This document shows positions 56,723-64,000 of a stretch of DNA of 64,000 nucleotides, one piece after another (positions within the stretch are counted from its first letter, which is position 1; each line of letters opens with the position of its first letter). The translations under genes and the position numbers were made by a program. This DNA is from Candidatus Hydrogenedentota bacterium. GTDB lineage: Bacteria > Hydrogenedentota > Hydrogenedentia > Hydrogenedentales > SLHB01. The notes under the pieces are model-generated. The model made no database searches and was not told the DNA's origin. It worked only from the letters and a program-made list of their open reading frames with translations. Where the stretch lies: assembly GCA_020848835.1 (NCBI GenBank), contig JADLHJ010000054.1, positions 97,916 through 161,915 on the forward strand. Direction: 5' to 3'.

Positions 56723-57418
56723 ATGAGATTAAGTATTGGCAATCTATTCTCGCTGCCCGCCAACTATGCTTTCCGATACTTGGCAAGGGAAAAACTCCGC
56801 AGTGTTTGCCACAATAGCCGTGCGATCGTATTGACCTACGACGACGGCCCGGGTACTCGCCTGTCACGATCTTTATCTGAAATGCTCTTGTCCCATGGTG
56901 TGCGTGGCACGTTTTTCTTGCTCGGCAGGCGGGTGGCGTTGGATACGGAGACGGTCGATATGCTCGCTCGGGAGGGACACGAGCTGGGGTCTCATTCTTA
57001 CGATCATCTCCACGCGTGGAAGTCAGACACAGGGCGCGTGCTGGAAGATATTGACGCGGGATTCAATTCGGTTTCCAGATGGGTGAAACCAGACGGCCTG
57101 TTTCGACCTCCACACGGCAAGGTAACGTTCACCACATGGCGCGCGTTGCGTAAACGAGGCTCTCGAATCTGCTGGTGGACCGTGGATTCCGGCGACACGT
57201 GGCCTGTACTCCCAACACCCCAATCGATCGTGGACAGAGTCCTTAGGGCTGGCGGCGGCGTTGTTTTGATGCACGACTTTGATCGGGGTCCCGACCGCGA
57301 AGAATTCGTCCTTAAGACAACCGAGGCGCTGCTCGTCGCCGCTAAGTCGGAGGGGTTTCGCATACTGAAGTTTTCAGATCTTATCACCCCCGATGCGTTC
57401 TCCCCGAAACAAGGATGA
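56723..57418 (+). CDS. polysaccharide deacetylase (NodB / CE4)
   Basis: LTYDDGP, HSYDH, FRPPHG, VLMHD. Confidence 0.92.
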   Translation: MRLSIGNLFSLPANYAFRYLAREKLRSVCHNSRAIVLTYDDGPGTRLSRSLSEMLLSHGVRGTFFLLGRRVALDTETVDMLAREGHELGSHSYDHLHAWKSDTGRVLEDIDAGFNSVSRWVKPDGLFRPPHGKVTFTTWRALRKRGSRICWWTVDSGDTWPVLPTPQSIVDRVLRAGGGVVLMHDFDRGPDREEFVLKTTEALLVAAKSEGFRILKFSDLITPDAFSPKQG

Positions 57419-57568
57419 CGTACGTGGTGGGTGGCAGGCGGCGCTGCCATAGAGAATATCGAGCCATTGGCAGGCGATGGATGATTGAGGCCCAGGCGCC
57501 GTACGAACATTAGAACGCAAATTTCGACCGGATTCAGCTGCTCGCGCGACAACCCCGACGCGCGTCAC

Positions 57569-58078
57569 TCATTCCGTGCCGCGGCCAATTGAATGCTCAT
57601 CTCCGACCAAGGCAATCGGGGAGTTTTGTATCCTTCCTTGCCGTTGCTTCCCGTCAAACATCCCCAGGTGCACGCCGAGGGCTTTCAAGGCACTTAATTT
57701 ATTGTGCAACGTTATGGTAACGTGTTTCTTGTTCACCCTGATACTCTTGATGGCAGCCCATTTATGTTCCGGGACGGTTCGCAAGTCTTTTCCACGAAGT
57801 GTTTTGCCATCGAAGTCGTAGAAATCGGTGAGATTCGTGAATGCAATTGCCAAGAGGTTGCGCAGTGTGTTGTCTAGTTCAACCTGGTAGCGCTCGAAAT
57901 GAGCATGGCGCTTTTCTTCCAACAAATTGCGGACCTTGGGGTTTGCCGCGACTTCTTGCGCTTTCCGCGCGATTGTCCTCGGGTTCATATTACGGCAATC
58001 GTACGTGCGCCGATACGCCTCGACACGGTTTCCGGTCCGGAGGTACTCCAACACAAATTTGTACTGCTTTTGAGTCAT
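57569..58078 (-). CDS. terS: phage terminase small subunit, orphan
   Basis: KQYKFVLEY...EAYRR.Y...A..NPKV...L..IAF...DF...K..ALK.LG.HLGMF; no other phage genes in the window. Confidence 0.75.
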   Translation of the reverse strand: MTQKQYKFVLEYLRTGNRVEAYRRTYDCRNMNPRTIARKAQEVAANPKVRNLLEEKRHAHFERYQVELDNTLRNLLAIAFTNLTDFYDFDGKTLRGKDLRTVPEHKWAAIKSIRVNKKHVTITLHNKLSALKALGVHLGMFDGKQRQGRIQNSPIALVGDEHSIGRGTE

Positions 58079-58358
58079 TTATCCCTAAATTATGCCGTAA
58101 ATATGCCGTTGTTTGCAATCAGTTGCGGCACATAACATTCGTAGCTGCAAAAAGATAGCTCCAGTATTGTTGCGCTCGATATGGATAAGGTCAATTCTTG
58201 GCTCGGCTTACCGTGTTTTATGCAAGAAGCTTAAGCATAACAATGTTAATATGTTTATATATCTAAGACAATCTGTATTCAGCTTGATCTATTGTTCAGT
58301 CCTTGTGTAAATTCTTTGCAGATTCGCGGGGGGCGGCCATGTAGAGAAATAGCTGCAA

Positions 58359-60167
58359 ATGCCTCTATCTGTGTTTGAATATGATCGCGGGAGCAGTGTG
58401 GCGCGCCAGTTTGAGCGTGTTGCGTTGCACTTTGGAGAGATCACAGCCTTATCGTCCGCCGGCGACTCCCTCACCTATGACGCCGTAAACAGCCATGCAA
58501 ACCGAATAGCGCACGCCCTTACCACCTTTGGAGTCGGGCGCGGCAATCGTGTAGCACTATGCACTGAACGGTCTATCGAAACCATTGCAGTCCTCCTGGC
58601 CATCCTGAAATGCGGCGCAGCATACGTGCCACTGGACCCCGCCTATCCCCCTTCGCGTCTCGCAATGATGCTGCAAGACATTTCTGCAACGCTATGTGTG
58701 GTCCAGGATTCCCATCTACCACTCACTAACTGGACGGGTGAGCACTGTATTTCTCTACAAGAATTGCTTCGATTGGCCGAACGCCAACCGGACCATAACG
58801 TGAACGTCGAAGTGGCGCCAGACGACCTCGCCTACATCATGTACACGTCAGGGTCGACGGGTGCGCCAAAAGGTGTCTGCGTTGATCACCGCAACATTTT
58901 GCGGCTAGTGTGCGGCACGGACTATGCCTCGTTTGGTCCAGACGAGGTATTTCTTTTGCTCGCGCCGCTCTCATTTGATGCCTCGACATTTGAAGTCTGG
59001 GGCGCGCTGCTGACTGGAGCACGACTGGCCATTGCACCCGCCGGCTATGGAGCACTAGATGACTTGGGCAGTTTGATACGAAATGAAAATGTGACGACGC
59101 TCTGGTTAACCGCAGGACTGTTTCATCAACTTGTCGACGCAGATGTCAACCAGTTTCGCGGCGTGCGTCAATTGTTGGCAGGGGGCGATGTACTTTCCGC
59201 CGTCCACGTGAAACGGGTACTGGATGCTATCCCTGATTTACGGGTCATCAATGGCTACGGCCCTACCGAATGCACTACGTTTACATGTTGCCATACAATG
59301 CAATCCGCAAAAGACGTGTCCGATCCGGTTCCAATCGGGCGCGTTATCGCAAATACAACCGCATATATCCTTAACGATCACCTGTGTCCTGTCCCGGATG
59401 GCACCCCGGGTGAACTGTTTGTGGGCGGTGATGGGGTGGCCCGGGGATACTGGAACCGTCCGGAACTCTCGCAAGAGAAGTTTCTCGTCGATCCATTCGC
59501 CAATCAACTGTGCTCGCGCATGTACCGTACCGGCGACCGTGTCGTACGCGATGAATCGGGCGTATTCGCTTTCTTGGGCCGAGTAGATCGACAGGTTAAG
59601 GTACGGGGTTATCGCATCGAGCCCGGGGAAATCGAGCGCACATTAATCAAGTCCGGAGAAATCGGACAGGCCGTCGTGATTGCCACAGGGGATAAAGTTC
59701 ACGAGAAGCGACTCATCGCCTATATTACGCCAACGAACAATTCTAGTCGCGATACACAAAAGGTAAGCGCTTGGCTGCAAGGTGAGCTCCCTCCGTTCAT
59801 GGTGCCAAGTGCCCTAATTTGGATCGATTCTCTGCCACTCGATGCCAATGGTAAGGTCGACCGTGCAGCGCTACTCTCGGTTTTGCCGGTTACGGAATCA
59901 GGATTCGTGGCCCCGGAATCCGAACTTGAGGAAAACCTTTCGGAAATATGGTCGGAGATTCTAGGGGTCGACCGCGTGGGGCGTTACCAAGAGTTTATCG
60001 CGTTAGGAGGCCATTCACTCGCTGCGATGCGTGTGATTGCGCGCGTCAGCGATTCCTTTGGCGTTCGGCTTCCGTTGCTTGCCCTGCTTGAGAATTCTAC
60101 AATCGAGTCCTTCGGAGAGGCTGTGGAAGAAGCCATACTACTGCAGGTTGAACAACTTGATGCCTAA
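58359..60167 (+). CDS. NRPS initiation module (A-PCP)
   Basis: YTSGSTGAPKG, NGYGPTE, YRTGD, NGKVDR, carrier LGGHSL; manually read code DAFWLGGTFK. Confidence 0.95.
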   Translation: MPLSVFEYDRGSSVARQFERVALHFGEITALSSAGDSLTYDAVNSHANRIAHALTTFGVGRGNRVALCTERSIETIAVLLAILKCGAAYVPLDPAYPPSRLAMMLQDISATLCVVQDSHLPLTNWTGEHCISLQELLRLAERQPDHNVNVEVAPDDLAYIMYTSGSTGAPKGVCVDHRNILRLVCGTDYASFGPDEVFLLLAPLSFDASTFEVWGALLTGARLAIAPAGYGALDDLGSLIRNENVTTLWLTAGLFHQLVDADVNQFRGVRQLLAGGDVLSAVHVKRVLDAIPDLRVINGYGPTECTTFTCCHTMQSAKDVSDPVPIGRVIANTTAYILNDHLCPVPDGTPGELFVGGDGVARGYWNRPELSQEKFLVDPFANQLCSRMYRTGDRVVRDESGVFAFLGRVDRQVKVRGYRIEPGEIERTLIKSGEIGQAVVIATGDKVHEKRLIAYITPTNNSSRDTQKVSAWLQGELPPFMVPSALIWIDSLPLDANGKVDRAALLSVLPVTESGFVAPESELEENLSEIWSEILGVDRVGRYQEFIALGGHSLAAMRVIARVSDSFGVRLPLLALLENSTIESFGEAVEEAILLQVEQLDA

Positions 60168-60197
60168 GCCGTCGAGTCGACAGTAAGCCGTGCGCCA

Positions 60198-63100
60198 ATG
60201 AGCGAGAAACGAGCAGACTTAGATCGGCGACGGGCAAACCTACCCTCGGAAAAGCGTGCGTTGCTGCTAAAGCGCCTTCAGGGCGCCAAGAATCACCCTG
60301 AACGCCGTCCCGCCGCGCCCGACACACCAAGAGCGGGATCCGATTCAGGCCCAGTATCGTTTCAGCAAGAAGGTCTCCTGTTTCTCGAAACGTATTATCC
60401 TGGGCTGCCCCAGTACAACGTTCCGGTTCTACTACGACTCCGCGGCAACCTCAGACCTGAGGTTTTGTCGGCCTCTCTTGACAACGTGGTAGCGCGGCAC
60501 GATGCGCTGCGGACTCGCTTTTCTGCAACTGAAGTGGGAATGTGCCAAACAGTGACCACATTCACTGAAGGCTTATTGCATGAGGTAGACCTCAGCGGCC
60601 TGCCTGAGTCGAGACGTGAGGAAAAGGCGATGTCGCTCGTCCTCCAACATGCACAGCGTCCTGCAAACTTCGCGTCCGGCCCACTGATATCGGCTGTCTT
60701 GTACAAGATCAGCGCTAATGAGCACTTTTTATCCATCGTGATTCATCATGTGATTTTCGACGGTTGGTCTGTATCGATTCTCCTTCGAGATTTATTCGAA
60801 TGTTACAAAGCGCAACTCGACGGCAAAGCTTGGCGCCCGAAAGAGTTCCCGATTCAATATGTCGATTATTGCGCTGGTCAGCGAACACTCGCTGAACAAG
60901 GCGCGTTTCATGAGGATCTCGCATATTGGCAGAAAACACTGCATGGACGAGTGCCGGAATTGGCGTTCCTACATTGCTCCTCGGACAAGCGCTCGACAGA
61001 GCCCATCGGAAACGTAGTGATGTCCAATCTTTCCCAAGAATCTGCCAATAAACTATTTGCCTTCTGCCGAATGCAACGCGTAACGCTCTATGCCACCTTG
61101 CTGGCAACATGGAAAGCGCTTCTCTACAGATACTCTGGCGAAGAAGACATTTGGGTTGGGTCAGCTTCGGCGGGAAGGAATTCAGTTGATCTCGAACCGC
61201 TGATTGGGTACTTCGTCAATACGCTGGTCATCCGGACTTCGGTATCCTCAGACCTATCTTTCGCGCAACTGGTGAACCGCGTCGGTCAGGGCGCGATAGA
61301 AGCGTTAGAACACCGGTCATTGCCGTTTGAAATACTGGTTCATCACTTGGCGCCTCACCGTACTCCCGGGAGGGTTCCGCTGGTGGAAACGATGTTTGTT
61401 GTGCAGAATACTCCTTCAATTGACGCACGGTTCAACGGACTCGATATTGAGCAAGTCCATGTTCATAACGGCACTTCGAAGTTCCGGCTAACACTTCAAG
61501 TCTTCGAAGAGCGCGATCGTATCCGCCTGGAACTGGAACACGATACGCAAGTCGTCGACGCGAATATTGCTAGCCGTTTGCTTGTGCATTTCCAACAGCT
61601 CCTGAAAGACGGCGTCACATTTCCTGATAAGTCGATTTCTGAGCTCTCCATGCTCACAGAAAATGAAAAACATCTTCTGCTACACAAATGGAACTCCACC
61701 GAGAGCGACTATCCCCGCGACTCAACCGTCGTAAGAGTTTTCGAAGGAAATGTATCAAAGACTCCCAAAGCGCCAGCGATTGAGAACTGTGGCGAATGTA
61801 AAACCTACGAAGAAGTGAACACCCAGGCAAACCGATTGGGAAATTACCTCATAAGCGAGGGAATGACTCCAGGAAGCATCATCGCGGTCTGTACAGACGA
61901 CATCGTCGACTACATAACGGTAGTGCTCGGAATCTTGAAGGCAGGATGCGCGTATCTGCCGTTGGATCCAACGGTTCCCCGGCGGCGCAATGCCGAGATT
62001 ATACAGAATGCCAAACCGGCGCTACTGCTCGCGTCGAAGCGAGTATCGAATACACTCACGGATTGCGGTGTCCGCAACATAACGATAGAGGATGCAAAGA
62101 ATACCTCCGTCGCTCATTCCAGCGAGAACCTGCAAATCAACGGTATACCGTCAACTTCCGTTGCATATGTGATGTATACGTCCGGTTCTACCGGTGAGCC
62201 CAAAGGGGTATGCGTTCCACACCGGGCAATTTTGCGCCTCGTACTTAGTACAAATTACATCTTAATATTGCCGGAGCATCGTGTTGCGCAAAGTTCCAAC
62301 CTTGCATTTGATGCGTCCACCTTCGAAATTTGGGGACCATTGCTCAATGGTGCGTGCATTGTCTGCATTCCGCGTACGGTACTCCTCTCCCCAAAGGACC
62401 TGAAAGAGTTCTTAGAGCAGAAGCGCGTAGACGCAATGTGGGTCACGGTGGGCTTGTTCAATCGAATCATAGCCAGGCAACCCGACGCATTCGCCTGTGT
62501 CGGTACACTTATTTCGGGCGGAGACGTGCTGTCCCCAACACGGGCCAGACAAATGCTAGCCGCGGGCCCTCCGAAAAGATTCCTGAATGGATACGGACCA
62601 ACAGAATGCACGACATTCTCGACATGGCACGAAGTCCAAAGCGTATCGGACAATGCACTTTCAATTCCCATCGGTTTGCCCATTTCGAACTCCAAGGCAC
62701 ACGTGCTTGGACCCGACATGGGCCTCTTACCAATAGGAATTCCGGGAGAACTCTTTGTGGCGGGAGACGGCCTTGCCGTCGGGTACTTAGGAGATCCGGA
62801 TCTCACACAGAAAAAGTTTGTCTCCGTCACTACTGAAGACTTGCGCGGATCCGTGATATACGCGACGGGCGACATGGTGGTGCGAGGAGAGAACGGCGTC
62901 CTGGAATTTCTCGGCCGCGTCGATGGTCAAACCAAGTTGCGTGGCTTTCGGATTGAGCTGGAAGAAATTGAGAAGGCATTGCGAGCAGTTCATGGAGTTA
63001 GAGATGCGATCGTCATTGTGAGGCAACTCGATGACGAAGCGAAGGAACTCGTGGCCTATTTCATCGCAGATGTTGAGGACAAGTCTGACCTTGAACAAAT

Positions 63101-64000
63101 TCGAGGGGAACTCTCCGGTCGCCTTCCAGACTATATGGTACCCGCACTATTTGTCCGCATGACGGATTTTCCGCTGAATGTTAATGGTAAGGTCGATAAA
63201 TGTGCACTTCCCGAACCCAGTCAAAGTCGTGCGGCGTTCAGCCGTTCACATTCCGCGCCCGAGACCGACAAAGAAAAGCAACTCGCTGCTACGTGGACAA
63301 ATGTGCTCGGTCGGCGCGATCTTAGCCGCACTGACAACTTTTTTGATGTAGGTGGAGATTCGCTGCTCGCCATGCGCCTGCAGCAAAAGATCGAAGAGAA
63401 TTTTCATGTGCAACTTTCCGTGCGCGAGCTTTTTGAGTACCCCAGACTCTATTCCCAAGCACTGCGTATCCAGCAAATTCTTACGGGCGATTCGCGTGAA
63501 ACTACAGACCCCGTAGACACCCAGTTCATGGTACCCCTCCGGTCAGAGGGATCCAGACCACCGCTGTTCTTCATAACCGGTGCAGGCGACGTAATGGGAA
63601 TCTACGGGACGCTCGTGAGCTTACTCGATCAAGACCTACCGTTTTTCGGCTTCCCTGACCCCATGTATACGAGCCTGTCCGATGAGGAACTAACAGTAGA
63701 GCGCTTGGCAGAAACCTACTTAAAGGAAGTCCGAATCAAACAGCCGAAAGGCCCCTACTATCTGGGAGGCTACTCTGTAGGCGGAATCGTGGCCTTCGAG
63801 ATGGCTCGGCGCTTATACGAAACCGGCGAGCAAGTTGCAAAATTAGTTGTACTGGATTCGGCCCCGCCAGAATACCGCCGGCAACAGGGAACCCGTCGTT
63901 GGTTTGGAAGCACAGGCTCGTTCCCAAGGTTGGTATCTACTTTGGCTTTGCTCAATCGCCGGCGAAAGACCGTAGCCTTGGACTCGCGCATTCTGCTTAG
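60198..64000 (+). CDS. NRPS C-A-PCP-TE (3' end outside the window; not in the ORF track)
   Basis: Read manually: MSEKRADLDRRRANLPSEKRALLLKRL, IHHVIFDGWS (60741), YTSGSTGEPKG, FFDVGGDSLL (63339), TE GGYSVGG (~63765); all motifs in one frame, open to 64000. Confidence 0.93.
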   Translation, partial: MSEKRADLDRRRANLPSEKRALLLKRLQGAKNHPERRPAAPDTPRAGSDSGPVSFQQEGLLFLETYYPGLPQYNVPVLLRLRGNLRPEVLSASLDNVVARHDALRTRFSATEVGMCQTVTTFTEGLLHEVDLSGLPESRREEKAMSLVLQHAQRPANFASGPLISAVLYKISANEHFLSIVIHHVIFDGWSVSILLRDLFECYKAQLDGKAWRPKEFPIQYVDYCAGQRTLAEQGAFHEDLAYWQKTLHGRVPELAFLHCSSDKRSTEPIGNVVMSNLSQESANKLFAFCRMQRVTLYATLLATWKALLYRYSGEEDIWVGSASAGRNSVDLEPLIGYFVNTLVIRTSVSSDLSFAQLVNRVGQGAIEALEHRSLPFEILVHHLAPHRTPGRVPLVETMFVVQNTPSIDARFNGLDIEQVHVHNGTSKFRLTLQVFEERDRIRLELEHDTQVVDANIASRLLVHFQQLLKDGVTFPDKSISELSMLTENEKHLLLHKWNSTESDYPRDSTVVRVFEGNVSKTPKAPAIENCGECKTYEEVNTQANRLGNYLISEGMTPGSIIAVCTDDIVDYITVVLGILKAGCAYLPLDPTVPRRRNAEIIQNAKPALLLASKRVSNTLTDCGVRNITIEDAKNTSVAHSSENLQINGIPSTSVAYVMYTSGSTGEPKGVCVPHRAILRLVLSTNYILILPEHRVAQSSNLAFDASTFEIWGPLLNGACIVCIPRTVLLSPKDLKEFLEQKRVDAMWVTVGLFNRIIARQPDAFACVGTLISGGDVLSPTRARQMLAAGPPKRFLNGYGPTECTTFSTWHEVQSVSDNALSIPIGLPISNSKAHVLGPDMGLLPIGIPGELFVAGDGLAVGYLGDPDLTQKKFVSVTTEDLRGSVIYATGDMVVRGENGVLEFLGRVDGQTKLRGFRIELEEIEKALRAVHGVRDAIVIVRQLDDEAKELVAYFIADVEDKSDLEQIRGELSGRLPDYMVPALFVRMTDFPLNVNGKVDKCALPEPSQSRAAFSRSHSAPETDKEKQLAATWTNVLGRRDLSRTDNFFDVGGDSLLAMRLQQKIEENFHVQLSVRELFEYPRLYSQALRIQQILTGDSRETTDPVDTQFMVPLRSEGSRPPLFFITGAGDVMGIYGTLVSLLDQDLPFFGFPDPMYTSLSDEELTVERLAETYLKEVRIKQPKGPYYLGGYSVGGIVAFEMARRLYETGEQVAKLVVLDSAPPEYRRQQGTRRWFGSTGSFPRLVSTLALLNRRRKTVALDSRILL

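Noticed and set aside
57400-58300. Prophage around terS
   Set aside because: No integrase, TerL, portal, capsid or att repeats are visible.
60160-60186. ATG overlapping the A-PCP stop as the start of the second NRPS
   Set aside because: That frame stops after 8 codons (TAA at 60184). ATG 60198 is in frame with the C, A, PCP and TE motifs.
1-64000. CRISPR array, tRNA, rRNA
   Set aside because: No regularly spaced short direct repeats, cloverleaf or rRNA-like segments were seen. A covariance-model scan was not run.

Overview
A bacterial cell-surface locus of about 64 kb. No rRNA, tRNA or CRISPR array was recognised. Contents in order: (1) an IS3 scar, a nucleotide-sugar dehydrogenase and five PEP-CTERM (VPEPAT + TM + basic tail) genes, two of them behind sigma-54-type promoters, with an interposed block (cNMP-binding protein, CPBP protease, Ser/Thr kinase-WD40, TIR/NDT-like protein); (2) a + strand module of SGNH hydrolase, membrane protein, TPR, catalytically intact exosortase, EpsI and TPR; (3) an M64 peptidase with 3 x 208-aa Ig-like repeats and a non-PEP C-terminal sorting-like tail; (4) a convergent - strand operon pssD > [PssE-GT4-exosortase-like triple fusion] > epsI > wzc > giant TPR; (5) a Sel1 protein, a lipoprotein with Ig-like and beta-helix-like parts, and an AT-richer Wzx/Wzy glycan cassette with three methyltransferases, an acetyltransferase and a deacetylase; (6) an orphan terminase small subunit; (7) a two-gene NRPS (A-PCP; C-A-PCP-TE, running off the window and absent from the ORF track) whose two A domains read as Val-type. 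The best candidate for an undescribed system is block 4. There, two glycosyltransferase modules are fused to an exosortase-like domain that has lost its catalytic Cys and His, and the Wzc-type kinase carries a 53-aa MshEN-like (c-di-GMP receptor) insertion inside its ATPase domain and lacks a Tyr cluster. This suggests c-di-GMP-gated glycan assembly physically coupled to PEP-CTERM sorting (inference). The host may be Hydrogenedentota or PVC-like; this is an impression from protein style only. All family calls are by motif recognition, and no database searches were run.
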